A stretch of 64,000 nucleotides of DNA from Chrysomallon squamiferum (Eukaryota; Animalia; Mollusca), in NCBI GenBank assembly GCA_012295275.1, contig CM022677.1, forward strand, positions 18,724,001-18,788,000, written 5' to 3'. This document shows, in pieces, positions 44,530 through 60,562 of the stretch; the stretch's first letter is position 1; each line of letters opens with the position of its first letter. The notes below the pieces were generated by a model, which worked only from the letters and a program-made list of their open reading frames with translations, searched no databases and was not told where the DNA came from. The translations under genes were made by a program, and so were the position numbers.

Positions 44530-45320
44530 CATATCTAACAAATCAAACTGTTTCGATATTGAAATGTTTTAAAGAAATATTTTCCCAAACTGTACAGTTA
44601 TTTCTTACTTTCAAACTCACCACTGTTACATAATCTTTCTGCTCTCTCAGTATTCATGTATCTTCCAGCTGGTTTTGTCAGCTGATGTGCAGATACCTCA
44701 CTTTAGTTCAGTATCTTTTATAAATCATTGGTACAGATTTAACTAAATGAAACTGAAATGTTACACCAGCTGTGATGTATTTATAGAAATTGTCACATTT
44801 CACAGATGTATTTAACTCAACTGAAAGATTCTGCCTTGCTTTTTCATGTATTATTTGCTTAATTATGCACAAATAGTTTTTAATATTTATATTAATCTAT
44901 CGGTATGTATCCCAATCTCAGTTCATATAAAATTTTCCCATCAAAAGTCATCCAATTATTTTTCTGTAATATAAAATACGGTGCCAGGGTACAGAAGTTT
45001 TAGTACTGTCTGTAATTTTTAATAGAAGTATTTCACTTTCGTGCGAAGAGCAAAGTCTTTTCACAAACTTGACTGAAACTAGTCTATTTACAAACAGAGA
45101 GGCGTGACAGACAGGTTGTTATGTGTGATATGAATAGCTTTGCAGGAGACTTTAAACTTTGACAGCTAACTTCTATATATTTCCAACTAGATGGCAGAAT
45201 TGCAGAAGAAAAGTGTCAGCTGAGGTTTTGATTAAAAGTTTATTTTGTAAAAAGTACTCACAAAACATTTGACAGATTCCACAGGACCGTTTCAAAGTTT
45301 GAAAAGTTATAAATATATTT
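44530..45320 (-). mobile_element. LINE ORF2 3' fragment, longest local copy; further pieces at about 10010-10460 and 41160-41330
   Basis: Continuous similarity to 880-1400, 19060-19515 and 10010-10460. Confidence 0.7.
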
Positions 45321-45339
45321 CTTCTCCGTCTCATATAAA

Positions 45340-45488
<149 letters not shown>

Positions 45489-45876
45489 GTCTATACACAA
45501 ACACATACATGCAATATATCATATATCATGGCCTCCCACTACAGGTTGATTGCTTTTGCCACCAAGTTGTGATATCAAGACGAGATCTCGCTATTTTCAC
45601 AACAAGGGACACACACGCAGCAAAAACTGAGAACTGTGATTGTTCCTTTGATGTTTCCTCACGACTCTAATAATACAGTAATATGACGGACCATTGTTCA
45701 TTTAGTGTACCGTCGGAACATGTCAACATTACCCACCGAGCTAAAAATAGATTACTGAGAATTGCTGTCGTTCAAAGGTGAAAAGTTTGACATCTGATAT
45801 TATCAGTGTCATATGGTAATCCCAGTTCATTAAAGATCTTAAAATAAATTAAGATAATTTAATACTAAATGAGAAC

Positions 45877-46910
<1,034 letters not shown>

Positions 46911-46975
46911 TGCATAATCACTGGTTGTGTGGTACATCTAAAAACAGAGAAAACGTAATCAGAAAATTATATATA

Positions 46976-47757
46976 CAGCGGTACTTTGGCTTACGAGTTT
47001 AATTCGTTCCGTGACCGACCTCACAACTCAGATTACTCGTATATCAAATCACTTTACCCAACTAAAATTAACTGAAATACCATTAATCCGTTCCAGCCCC
47101 CAAAAAACCCACCCCAATTCATTTACAACGTGTATTTAAATAATAATAATTAAAAAAATAAATATTGTATAAAAACAAAATAAAAGAGAATGTAAAGAAA
47201 TAAATTTGTTTTGTATAGTGTACAGGGTTAGGGTTTCTCCATCTTTTCATGGACAGAGTTCCGCAGCTTACAAATTATTTTAACGCTTTTGGCTTGAGTT
47301 ATAGCCTTTATCGACTCCTTCAGCTTCAGTATGGTACTCATCGAAAAAGTACTACGCCCGTACTGCCTAGCCATGTTGACAACACGCACACCTCTCTCAT
47401 GTTTTTTTATGATTTCATGCTTCAATTCAATGGACATCGTCCGCTTCTTCTTCTCAGCACTGTCCCCTGCAGTCACTTTCTTTGGATCCATGGAAATCTG
47501 ACAAAATACTGGACATAATGCGAGTACAACACAACAGAGATGTTTCCACGGCAAGGTAACCACGTGAAGAAAACGAGTGAGACGCGGGATGCTGGTCGGA
47601 TGTTTTGTTGTTCGTTGCGCCAACTACGGGCAGCGTATTTGAAGCTCGCTCGTAATTCGGATTTTGGCTCGCAGGTCAAAGCAAAAAATCGAAATGGCAG
47701 CTGCTCGTAACTCGGAAAACTCGTATGTTGGAACACTCGTATCGCAAGGTACCACTG
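46976..47757 (-). mobile_element. Tigger/pogo-family internally deleted DNA transposon
   Basis: TIR CAGCGGTACTTGG...CAAGGTACCACTG with TA flanks. ORF 47228-47623 includes MDPKKV...KKKRTMSIELKHEIIKKHERGVRVVNMARQYG, a CENP-B/TIGD1-type HTH. No DDE domain. Confidence 0.92.
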
Positions 47758-47784
47758 TATCATAAAGATTATTTATTTACTTAC

Positions 47785-48171
47785 TTTCTTGAATGACCAA
47801 GTTGATAGTACCAGTGGGTAAACGCCCTGTAACATGAGCTCCAGGGTTCATACAGTGGAAAAGATTTCTGCACAATTTGTTAGTAACAGCTATCGGTTTA
47901 ACACTCAGTCTTTTAAGACATTTTGCTATTACTACATCTTCCTTTGAACCACATTGTCTGCAGATCGTAGAGTTATTTCCCCTGGTGCTAAAGCGTGTCA
48001 GTGTTTCTTTACTGAGCACGTAACCAGCTTCCTGAAAAACTGACCGTAAAATACCGGAACTGACGTGTTTTTAGTGGAGACGAAGTGACGTAAGTTTTTA
48101 ACGATGACGTAAGTATCGTCGTCTGCTTTCATGAACCAGTCGGCGTCGTTTAAATGGTGTTTGTAGATGTA
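47785..48171 (-). pseudogene. C1GALT1-like exon fragment, copy 2
   Basis: [30 protein letters not shown]...FYGQFF, frameshift, then AGYVLSKETLTRF...EDVVIAKCL...FH. Same internal deletion as copy 1. Confidence 0.87.
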
Positions 48172-48493
48172 CTGATAGATAAAATAAAATAAAAAAATCT
48201 CACACACACTAATGCGTGTGAAAAGTAGAAAGATAGAAAGAAGAAATTATGAAATGAAAGGTTGAAGTTATTAGTTCATTTATTCGTCGATTAATTATTA
48301 TTATTATTTTTTTTTATTGTTATTATGAATATTATTATTTTCTGTTTAGATGAATTTTTGTATTTATTATTGTTGTTGACGTCGTAGCCGTTGTTGTTGT
48401 TGTAGTAAATACAGCTCCTTTTATATATGTTTACATATTATTAATTAATTAAAAATCACAAAACTTAACAACGACAACAACAAAACAACAGTA

Positions 48494-48556
<63 letters not shown>

Positions 48557-48978
48557 TACGATGAATTCAAATATATATAATGACAACAGTATGTCACATA
48601 TTAAACAAATAAATAAACTGTTTATGTGTCTTATTTGAGCTTTCTTAATCCACGTATAATCCAGTTTGGTTTAAAGAAACGTAACAATTGTCAATAAGAT
48701 TTCAATTTCTGTCGAGTTGACGGCAAGGGAAGTAACTCTCTTATGAAACGTTAAGCAAAGGAAAGAGACTGGTTATCCCGCCTGATCTCTTTCCAAACCG
48801 GTTTAATATATAACTGAAGCAATATTCAAGGAGAATAATACAATTGTAATAACGATTTCAGTATCATCGGTATTTCGCATCAACATTTGAAAAATACTGC
48901 AAAGTCAACTACATAATAATACATTTATTATAATTGTTTAAAATATATATATATATATATATATATATAGATAGATAG

Positions 48979-49028
<50 letters not shown>

Positions 49029-49613
49029 GGCATATTTATAGTGGATAATATAATTATTTTATATTCTCGTATTTTAATAATTTATTATAAATGAGGGTTA
49101 GTAACAATGTTACGATGCTGGTCAAGGGGAAAATACACTAGCTTGTGCATTTTAATCATCTTATTGTAATAATAAATATATATTAATATAGAGTTAATAT
49201 GTATTAGCTTGAGTGAACGTGCCTTTAGATTTATTACGAGTAATGTGTTGTTTCACATTACCCGATCATGGTACCTGATGAAACATTTATTTTAATCTAT
49301 AAATAGAATCTTTCATTTGAATCGCGAAGTGACACGCATGACCTAGCACGCATGATGCAGATAATTTACATTTCAAACACAGACTTTAAGCACGTTCTCC
49401 TTATATTTAATATCAAAGGGGCAAATATACTGTACTGTTCTATTCTTATTTATTTATTTATTTATTTTGTATTATTTTTGATGGTTATGCTTAATTTCAC
49501 ATACGGTTGAACAAACAAGAAAAGAAAAAAAGGAAAAAAAATAGTTTGACCAATGTAGTTAACAATTTAGAATTTTTCAAAAGACACTGTGTCCTTTTCT
49601 TCTTTTTTTGTGA

Positions 49614-52155
49614 ATGTCTGTGTGTATGTGTGTCTGTGTGCCTGGGCGTCTGTGTGACTGTGTGACTGTGTGCCTGTGTGTCTGTGTGCCTGTGTGCCTG
49701 TGTGACTGTGTGTCTGTGTGTCTGTGTGTCTATGTGTCTGTGTGCCTGTGTGTATGTGTGTCTGTGTGCCTGTGTGACTGTGTGACTGTGTCTGTGTGTC
49801 TGTGTGTCTGTGTGTCTGTGTGCCTATGTGCCTGTGTGTGTGTCTGTGAGTCTGTGTGCCTGTGTGTCTCTGTGTCAGTGAGTCTATGTGCCTGTGTATC
49901 TGTGTGTCTGTGTGCCTGTGGGTCTGTGTGTCTGTGTGCCTGTGTGACTGTGTGTCTGTGTGTCTGTGTGTCTGTGTCCCTCTGTGTCTATGTGCATGTG
50001 TGACTGTGTGTCTGTGAGTCTATGTGTCTGTGTGCCTGTGTGCATGTGTGTCTGTGTGTCTGTGTGCCTATGTGCTGTGTGTGTCTGTGTGTCTGTGAGT
50101 ATATGTGTCTATGTGTCAATGTATATGTGTGTCTATGTGTCTGTGTGTCTGTGTATCTGTGTATCTGTGTATCTATGTTTATATGTGTCTCTGTCTCTGT
50201 GTGTCTGTGTGTCTGTGTGTCTATGTGTCTGTGTGTCTATGTGTCTGTGTGTCTGTGTGTCTTTGTGTCTCTGTGTCTGTGTGTCTGCGTGTCTATGCGG
50301 CTGTATGTATGGGTGTCTGTGTGTCTGTGTCTATATGTGTGTCTATGTGTCTTTGTGTCTCTGTGTGTGTGTGTCTATGCGGCTGTATGTATGTCTGTGT
50401 GTCTCTGTGTCAGTGAGTCTATGTGCCTGTGTATCTGTGTGTCTGTGTGCCTGTGTGTCTGTGTGTCTGTGTGTATGTGTGTCTGTGTGCCTGTGGGTCT
50501 GTGTGCCTGTGTGTCTGTGTGTCTGTGTGTATGTGTGTTTGTGTGTCTGTGAGTCTGTGTGCCTGTGTGTCTCTGTATCAGTGAGTCTATGTGCCTGTGT
50601 ATCTGTGTGTCTGTGTGCCTGTTGTGTCTGTGTGTCTGTGTGTCTCTGTGCCTGTGTGTCTGTGTGTATGTGTGTATGTGTGTCTGTGTGCCTGTGGGTA
50701 TGTGTATCTGTGTGTCTGTGTGCCTGTGTGTCTCTGTGTCAGTCAGTCTATGTGCCTGTGTATCTGTGTGTCTGTGTGCCTGTGTGTCTGTGTGTCTGTG
50801 TGTCTGTGTGCCTGTGAGTCTGTGTGTGTGTGTCGTGTGTATGTGTGTCTGTGTGCCTGTGGGTCTGTGTGTCTGTGTGCCTGTGTGACTGTGTGACTGT
50901 GTGTCTGTGTGTCTATGTGTCTCTGTGCCTGTGTGCCTGTGTGTCTGTGTGACTGTGTGACTGTGTGTCTGTGTGCCTGAGTTTCTGTGTGTCTGTGTGA
51001 CTGTGTGTATGTGTGCCTGTGGGTCTGTGTGTCTGTGTGACTGTGTGACTGTGTGTCTGTGTGCATGTGTGTCTGTGTGTGTGTGCATGTGTGTCTGTGT
51101 GACTGTGTGTCTGTGTGCCTGTGTGTCTGTGTGTCTGTGTGACTGTGTGTCTGGGTGTCTGTGTGTCTGTGTGCCTGTGTGTCTGTGTGTCTGTGTGACT
51201 GTGTGTCTGTGTGTCTGTGTGCCTCTGTGTCTATGTGCATGTGTGACTGTGTGTCTGTGAGTCTATGTGTCTGTGTGCCTGTGTGCATGTGTGTCTGTGT
51301 GTCTGTGTGCCTATGTGTCTGTGTGTCTGTGTGTCTGTGAGTCTATGTGTCTATATGTCAATGTATATGTGTGTCTATGTGTCTGTGTGTCTGTGTATCT
51401 GTGTATCTGTGTGTCTATGTTTATATGTGTCTCTGTCTCTGTGTGTCTGTGTGTCTGTGTGTCTATGTGTCTGTGTGTCTATGTGTCTGTGTGTCTGTGT
51501 GTCTTTGTGTCTCTGTGTCTGTGTGTCTGCGTGTCTATGCGGCTGTATGTATGGGTGTCTGTGTGTCTGTGTCTATGTGTGTCTATGTGTCTTTGTGTCT
51601 CTGTGTCTGTGTGTCTATGCGGCTGTATGTCTGTGTGTCTGTGTGGCTATGTGTGTGTGTGTCTGTGTGTCTGTGTGTCTGTGTATCTATGTGTTTGTGT
51701 GTCTGTGTGTCTATGTTTCTGTGTCTATGGGTATGTGGGTCTATGCGCCAAAATGTCTGTGTGTCTGTCTCCCTATGTGTCTGTGTGTCTGTGTGTCTAT
51801 GTGTCTATGTGTTTATGTGCCTGTGGGCCTGTGTGTCTCTGTGTCTACGATTCTGTGTGTCTGTGTTTCTGGGAGTCTATGTGCCTGTGTGTCTGTGTGT
51901 CTGTGTGTCTATGTGCCTGTGTTTCTGGGTGTCTGTGTTTCTGTGTGTCTGTGTTTCTGGGTGTCTGTGTTTCTGTGTGTCTGTTTTTCTGTGTGTCTGT
52001 TTTTCTGTGTGTCTGTGTGACTGTGGGCCTGTGTGTCTCTGTGTCTTTGTGTCTCTGTGTCTGTGTGTCTCTGTGTCTTTGTGTCTGTGTATCTGTGTGT
52101 CTATGTCTGTGTATCTGTGTGTCTGTGTATCTGTGTGTCTATGTGTCTGTATGTG
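49614..52155. repeat. 2.5-kb degenerate (CTGTGTGT)n tract with internal block duplication
   Basis: Directly visible. About 49975-50390 recurs at about 51220-51630. Confidence 0.95.
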
Positions 52156-53639
52156 CGAATCAGTGCGTGATTACATATGGGATGTATTGATGCGAGCTAA
52201 TTATATTTAACAGACGAAAACAAATAAAAATAATAACTAACAATAGAAAGCAAATAAAAATAATAGCTAATAACCGAAAATAAATAAAAATAATAGCTAG
52301 TAAAAAAATAATAATAATAATAACTAATCATAGAAACAAATAAAAGTAACTATTTTATTTTGTTTTGTCTTTTTTCTGACGAATTGCTCTTAGATCGTTG
52401 TAGTGTTGTCTTCAACTTGTTGTGTTGTTTGATATTCTGCCTGACAGCAATAGAGCTATTTCTCATTCCATTCCTAATGCGCACGCTATATTGAAGATTG
52501 TATCTTTATTCACATACTCACACAAACACCTACGTACTTGTACAAAGCCTACTAAGTATTTGTAACTCGAAGAACCAAATACATCAAATTGTTACGGCAG
52601 ACTGAGTAATGAAGAACATAATTAAAACTATTGTTCTCTCGATACAAGATTTTTCAAGACATCGCTGTCATACGTCACCTAGCTAACCTGTCATACATTG
52701 TTCCAGTCGACGAAAAAGATAATGTCGTTACGTCATTCGCTGAGGGAGACTGTAAATATACGTCAGAGTTTAACCTCGTCCTTATTAGTTGTTTGTTCTA
52801 CCACGACCTGTGCTGGCTTCAAGTCTTCCGCTTTACAGAGGTGAATTAACAATTATTCATACGGGGAGTTGACGTAGTCGTTTTCTAACAGTGACTACAG
52901 TTTTGATCAGTAATCACTCGAAATAAATATATACAGATAAAAGAAGGGTATAGAAATATATAGTTATATTAGAAAAAAGTTTTAAAGTGAAAACAAATAT
53001 AAATAAATAAATAAATAAATAATAATAATATAAAATAATAATAGTAATAAGGATTAAATAAATATATATTTATTAATTCTGAGAGCAGAAGTAATAGTAG
53101 AATGAACAATTTTACAGTTCTTTTATATTAATAAAATTTGTTATTCAATATATATATATATATGTATCTTTCTGTGTGTGTCTATCCAATATATATGTTA
53201 TGTATGTATATATCACTGATACGTATGTAAAAAAGACGTTTTCTTTACTTAATATTCTTCTTATTTTTCTTTAAAAAGTTTACTGAAAAAAATAAGATCA
53301 GTGTCATAATACTATTAAATAGCTTTTGTCTACTATAATAAACAAACAAAAATAATGCTTTGTTTGAGTTTCATAAATATAGACGGACAATGAGACAGAT
53401 GGACACCTCGATAGAAATCTACCTGTAACATTGAAAATGTTATAATGGTAAAATGTTGTGATAATATAGCAGATCAGTTACTAAAATAACTTTACAATTT
53501 TGTTTTTAATTTTTTTTTACTTTTTAATGATTGCACGGAATGACGTCACATAAGGTTAAAGTTTTCAACTGAAACAGAAGACTTACGAAATGTAAAGTGT
53601 CATAATTAATTAATTACTTAATGAACTTAATAACTATGA

Positions 53640-53696
<57 letters not shown>

Positions 53697-54155
53697 CTCT
53701 ACTACTACTACTACTACTAAAACAGCTACTACTTGTAACATCAGTATTTAATTCAATGGTCATGTATTTCTATATTATTGGAAAACGTATTTGTTGATTT
53801 ACTTATTTATTTATTTGTTAGAAAGAGCTAAGTTTGGCTTATACTGAGTGAATCTGCAGGTAGTAAATATAAAATTGCAAAGTAAACTTTACTCCTGACA
53901 AAACAAATTACTATGTTACATTGTTTCAGTAATACGTTAATTATACGCGAGCTGACTAAATATAAACAGATTAATCAAATTATACTGTCAGTATCAAAGA
54001 AAGAAAATATGGTTTATCAAGAATTTCATATACAAGACAATGATATTTTTACGTACGTCCGTAGTAATAGTGTAACGATGTTGATATTAGTAGTGGTAGT
54101 AAAGCTGTAACAGCAACAGTAACATTAGCAGTCGTAGTAATAGCAGTGTTAGTTT

Positions 54156-54201
<46 letters not shown>

Positions 54202-54395
54202 CAGTCGTAGTAATAGCAGTGGTACATCATCTGGTTGAGTTTCACAAACTCTTGACCTCCTGCAGTTCACTTCTTTGACACTGCTGTTCTAAAAGACTTT
54301 GTACATGAACTTCCTGTACTTGGACAGTTTGTGTTTCGTGTTTAATCATTTTCTTTTATTAAATCACGACATCTCCACTTGTTAGTTATAGAAAA

Positions 54396-54721
54396 TTACT
54401 GAAAGCAATAAATTCCGAAGTTGTGTTCGTTGAAGTCCTTTTCAAGATGTTTAGAGTTCTGTCGTCTGCTTTCAGTTCAAACAGCGTGCCTTGGTAAGTG
54501 GGAGTAAAGCCTGCTGACGTCACCACACACTGAGACTGGAAAAGTTCCAGTAATTTCTCTTCGTGTTTCCCGCCATTTCTAAGCTAGATGGAATGAGCAG
54601 AAGTGGCGTCGTCTTGTTTTTGGTTGTTCACGAAAACTTCAATGCGGCCATGTTTGTAGATCATCTTCTTCCCAGTGAAAGCAGAGTCTTGTTTCCAATC
54701 GAGTATAGATGGTCGTTCTGA

Positions 54722-54782
<61 letters not shown>

Positions 54783-54900
54783 TAATAATAATAATCATAA
54801 TCATAATTGTTTAGCAAACTCTCTTTCTCTATCTCTCTCATGTACACCTACATATCCACATTAAAGCTAGGCAATCTAAATGATAAATTATTATTATAAC

Positions 54901-54940
<40 letters not shown>

Positions 54941-55664
54941 TTATAGTAAATAGCTAATATGGTAAATAATGAACACATCTGTTATTTAAAAATGATATTT
55001 AATAATTTAATAATTCATTACTGTTTAACCTTTGATGAACTTTGACCTCACCTGACCTCATCCCTTGAATTTGGATTAGACGTGCTGAGATGCCACTCTC
55101 CTTATCAAGAAAAAATTGAGAATCTAAAAAACAATGACACAGACATGTGACCCTGTATTTGTGTATAGGTCGGCGTATGTGTATGTGTAAGTGTGTATGT
55201 ATGTATCTGTGTATCTATGTGTGTGTATGTGTTTGTGTGTGCATGTGTTTATATATGTGGTAAGGTATTTGTGCATCTGTGTATCTGTGTTAATATGTCC
55301 GTATGTATGTGTGTGTGTGTATGTGTGTTAACGTGTGTGTATGGTTGTGTAGGTGTATTTGTGTGTGCGTGTGTGTGTGTGTATGTATGTGTGTGTATGT
55401 ATGTGTGTGTTTGTCACAAATGTCAGTTTTTAGTTGTAAATTTATTAAGAATATTATTGTATATTAAGAATGATTTACTACTCACTTTTGGCTCTCTCTT
55501 TCTCTCTTTCTACAAACTGCGAATAAATCGAATTGCAGAAAAGAATCAACATATTTTGTTTGAGATATAACAACATACATATATACATACATACGTAAAT
55601 AAATAAATAAATAAATAAATAATAAAGGATCTGGCATATTAAAACGTACTTAAATATGTGTATT

Positions 55665-55695
<31 letters not shown>

Positions 55696-55729
55696 GAGTG
55701 TGTGTTTGAGAGAGAGTGAGACAGAGAGA

Positions 55730-55791
<62 letters not shown>

Positions 55792-56205
55792 TCCATTTGT
55801 ATTGTAAACTATTTTAGAATGATGACGTCACAGATAAATGAATAAAATTAACAACAACAAATAAACAAAACAAAACAAAACAAAACAAAACAAATATCGT
55901 TTTCTTCATGATACTAAAAACAATGAATCCTCAGTACCGGCCCTGTTCCCCTCCTCTGTGACTATTCTGAATCAGTCCCTTGCTCCAACTAACTTGAACG
56001 TGCACAATAAAGAAAAGAAGAAACATGATCTCCTAAACCCGCTTTTCAAAACACGTGTTTATAGATCTCTGTGAGGTATCCAGTTTAGTATCTAGTCACG
56101 TTGTTTATATGTCAGTGATTAACTGTTGTTTTGTGTGCGTGTGAATGAGACATGGGTTCAAAAAGTATCTTTTATATCTGACATCATCTTTTGTAATGTA
56201 TAACA

Positions 56206-56236
<31 letters not shown>

Positions 56237-56844
56237 TGTACGTCTGATTAGACTCTGCACACAGACAATATTTAGGAACACAATGGCGCAGGAGGACAAA
56301 GTTCAATCACGACCTCACAAACCCGTCAGATGCCGCTGACGAGACTCGAACGCATGACACCCATTCGCCCGTACACCGGAATCCAACAATGAAAGCGTTT
56401 TACTACTACTGCGGTTGCCACAACAACAGCTACTACTACTACACTACCAATATACTGTACCAACACTACGACTACACTACTACTACTACTGCTACAATAA
56501 ATATTACAATTACTAATACTGATATTATTACTATTACTACTGTTGCCACCACCAGTACTATTGCTACAACTATAATTACTACTGTTACTACCACAAAACT
56601 GCTGTTGCTATTGCTATAACTACTACTACTACTACTACTAATACTACTATAACTACTATTACTACTAATATTACTACTACTACCAATAATAATAATATTT
56701 ATACTACTACTACTAGTAGTATTTCTACAGCTGTTACTGCTAGTATTTCTAGTACACTACAACTACTACTACTAATATCACTTTTACTACCAGTGCTGCT
56801 ACTGCTCTGCTACTACTACTCCTACTACTACTACTACAACTGCT

Positions 56845-56885
<41 letters not shown>

Positions 56886-57148
56886 CAGAACAAAAAATTT
56901 CTATCTGACTGTAATATATCAAAGTTATATCATTCTCTTTCTTGAAAGAGCAGGTAAACCAAAGTACACAGTGATACAAACTGAAACATTAACATTAGAT
57001 GACGTCACTAATTGCCGCACACGTAACTTCCTGTTTCGTCCTCTTTACGTTTGTGAATAGAGAAAGAAATACACAGAAATGTATAGTCAGAGAAGAAAAA
57101 ATAACACAGAGAAACAACAAACAATTAAATAAATTATTAAAAAAAAAA

Positions 57149-57200
<52 letters not shown>

Positions 57201-57597
57201 CCTTTCTGACGATGTCGATCAGGTTTCGCTCACGACCAGCACAGCACATATTTCCATCTTCTCGAACGTCGAAGTCGTAGATGTTGTCAGTTTTGTCATC
57301 GTCGGTGAGATAAACATCTTTGCACGGAAAGCAGACGTTGTCGTCACATTGCACAACGGTTTGACGTTGTGACTGCACCCGTGGTGAAATATAAAGAAAT
57401 ATGAAGATCACCAGAAAGATGTTGATGAAAACAAAAAGGACAATGACCGCTGTCCAGAATTTGTTTTTCTCTTTTTCTGTGTCTAAATTTTCTTCTCCAT
57501 TTGGTTTGATGAGTGGCTCGTCATTTCTACCTGTATAACGCCTTTTTCTCTCTTTCGCTTTTTTGTTTCGTATCAAACTTTTGTTGTTGTGATCCAT
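54396..57597 (-). pseudogene. TNF-superfamily ligand pseudogene, copy E
   Basis: Exons 57597-57202 (396, open), 55516-55486 (31), 55123-55052 (72) and 54717-54396. Exon 4 carries the same 39-nt deletion as A, a TGG>TAG stop at 54584-54586, a 9-nt deletion and a 19-nt frameshifting deletion near 54460. Confidence 0.9.
56240..56400 (-). mobile_element. Possible tRNA-derived SINE fragment in intron 1 of copy E
   Basis: GC-richer insert absent from copy A, with a B-box-like GTTCGAGTC on the minus strand at 56343-56351. Confidence 0.45.
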
Positions 57598-58564
57598 TTC
57601 TTTTTTATCTCAGAAAACTTGTATATCGCTCAGACACAAACTGCGAACTGAGAAATGTTTGTTTGATGTTTCCTTTAAGACGTGTTGCGACTAATGAGAT
57701 GATTAAACTTGAAACACCGTCCTATATGATCTGTGAATAGGGTGAGACATGGCGTTTTGCCAGCTACCAATGACAGTCTTACTAATCATCATGCGATTTA
57801 CAGTTGATCTTTCAAACTTGTCATTTGGCCCACGGACTTAAACGCAATCTGATAATCATTGTTAGTCTTAGACAACAACTCCGTCATGTGACTTCGAAAT
57901 TCTTTTTAATTATCTGTGATACATTCTTCTTTGTACTGTAATCCTAGAGGTCATTGCAAAGCCACTGTCTACGTCACTGTATACACCCTGTGATACTGAT
58001 TTTTTGGCAATTATTTTGGTTTCAGGTACTGAGTCAAACGGGTTCATGAGTCAGGCAGTGTTCATTCTTGTGATTAGTGTTTAATTTCAGTTCTTTATGA
58101 TCGTATATAGACATACACAAATACATACACATATACATGTATATATAATGTTTTCCTGTGTGCACGTATACTTAAGCATATTGTTAATATATATAAATGC
58201 TGTTAGCCAGCCTGTGATTCCACACCTCTCAAAACAATTCAGTTCCAGGTCAAAGGGTAGCAGATGCCCCTCCCCCACAGACGCACTTAAAACACTGACA
58301 ATAACTTGTTTGCTCACCAAGTCTGTGTAGTGATATCATTTACAGTCAGAGTATTTACACCTTTGTTGCAGACACGTCTCTGACTGAACTCTGACAACAT
58401 TGCCACACACCATGCTCAACAAACAAAGCATACAGTGACATGATTAATTAAATATTTTGTTTATGACAAGTTATGGATTACGTTTTCACGTGCGCCACGC
58501 AGGAAGAGCTGTGTCTTCTTCGAGGCCTTGCTACTACTGATATATAACGTTTTATGTCGTTCCA

Positions 58565-58658
<94 letters not shown>

Positions 58659-58937
58659 GTCTCTCTCTCTCTGCTGCCTATCTCTGTTTTCTGTCAGTTG
58701 TGAATCAGTCTGTATGTATGTCTGTCTATCGATCTGTCTCACTGTGTAATTTTTTGAGCCTGTCTATAAATAATTGAAAAAGAGAAATTTATTCAACAAT
58801 TGAAAAAAAAAAAAAAAAAAAAATAAAAAAACAAAGAAGAAGAATCAAAGCACATATTTGGCGAAAATAATAATAAATGAATTAAAAAAAAAGAAGATTT
58901 AAAAAAAAAAATGTATTACATATTTATTTAATTACCT

Positions 58938-58972
<35 letters not shown>

Positions 58973-60562
58973 ATAATAATAATAATAAAATAAAAAAAAA
59001 AAGAAAAAAAAAAAAAGGAAATAATAAAAATTCAAAAAAAAAAATATATATATAAAGCCTTGCTAACCACATAAATGGAAGTACCATGCTATTATTATTA
59101 TTATTAGTAGTAGTAGTAGTAGTAGTAGTTGTAGTAGTATTAGTTCTAGTAGTGACAGCAGCAGCAGCAGTATTAGTTGTAGCAGTAGTAGCTTAATTAG
59201 TAGTAGTTTTCTATATAAACTCCACGATAGACGGAATTAACCGAGCAGTTCCGAACGACAAAATGACGTCAGTAATGAACTTACGTTACTGCGAGCAGCC
59301 ATACTCACGGTCTTGTACTTTTACGCTTCATAGAAATTCACAAATTTAAGATATGAACATATTTATCATTTGTTGAAATATATTTATAACTGATATGTTA
59401 TACATTGTCGATAATATCTGAATATGGAATCTGATTTAGGCTGTAATTTATTAAAGTATATAAGTTTACGAAGCAAGGAAATCGTGAATGTTTTATTCAG
59501 TGGAGGTGAACTATAAATAGATATACGTCATAGTGGTAAGGATTTGCAAATTTCTAAAAAGGCCAGTGGCGAAAGAGGTTGTATATATACATACTGTTCC
59601 GTCGAAGATGAGAATATGTCTCAAACGTAATCATTAATGTTCATCACTTTGACTATCGTTTGTAAATGCAGACAGTGTTAAATACCTTATAAAGGTGTGT
59701 GTGTATTAAAAGAATGAGAGTGTTTCGCCACTTTACATTTGTGATCAATCCTATATACAAAGTGCATTTAAAAAAGAATTAAACCATATTATCTATCTAT
59801 TTACATACAAATGTTGTCAGTCATATTTATTTATAGCATCAGTAATTTTTTTTTTTTTTGAGATTTTCATATACAAACGAACAATCCGACATAACAATTT
59901 TTATTCATATGCAAGCAAAATTATATTCAAAAATTACGTTTAAAAAATTGTTATAAGTTAAATAAAATGCTTAATTTAGATAAAATGTATATATGTATGT
60001 GTGTATGTATGTACGTATTATTATTAATGTAAATATAATCAAGGATAAATTAAAAAAAGAAAAGAAAGAAAAGGAGAAAACAGCCTGAACAAACGATTTC
60101 AATGTCATCGCTTCCGTCATGCGTATTACAAGAAAGTACGTAAACAAAAATAATATTTAATAATGGTTATAATATGGGATATTCGCTAATTGATTTTTTT
60201 AGTCATTATCGTATCTTGGAAAATAATAAGAATCTGCCATCCACTGACAAGGCTGTCACTTTCCGAGAAAACCTACAAAAATACCAAAACTACGAATCAC
60301 TGGTCGACGATCTTTAAACAAAAATTTGCATTTTAGTAACTAATTCGCCTTTGAAAGAAACGTTATTTCATTGGTTATTTTATCCTTACGCATAATCGAT
60401 TATCCAATCGTTCTTACTATAACTTACGGCGAAGGAAAACAACGAAAATGAATGTATTGGAAAAACAATTACTCACCACGGCGCATTTTTCGTGGCGTTT
60501 ATTTAGCAATATTGTGATATGATGTTTGATAGAAACAAACATTTATTTTGTGATTCCTGACA

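Noticed and set aside
47228-47623. Domesticated TIGD/CENP-B gene
   Set aside because: Only the N-terminal HTH remains between TIRs, and the paralog is frameshifted.
49614-52210. Cys-rich or His/Thr-rich ORFs resembling metallothioneins
   Set aside because: They are translations of degenerate GT/CA repeats.
56300-56400. tRNA gene
   Set aside because: A B-box-like motif is present, but I could not build a cloverleaf; better treated as a SINE remnant.
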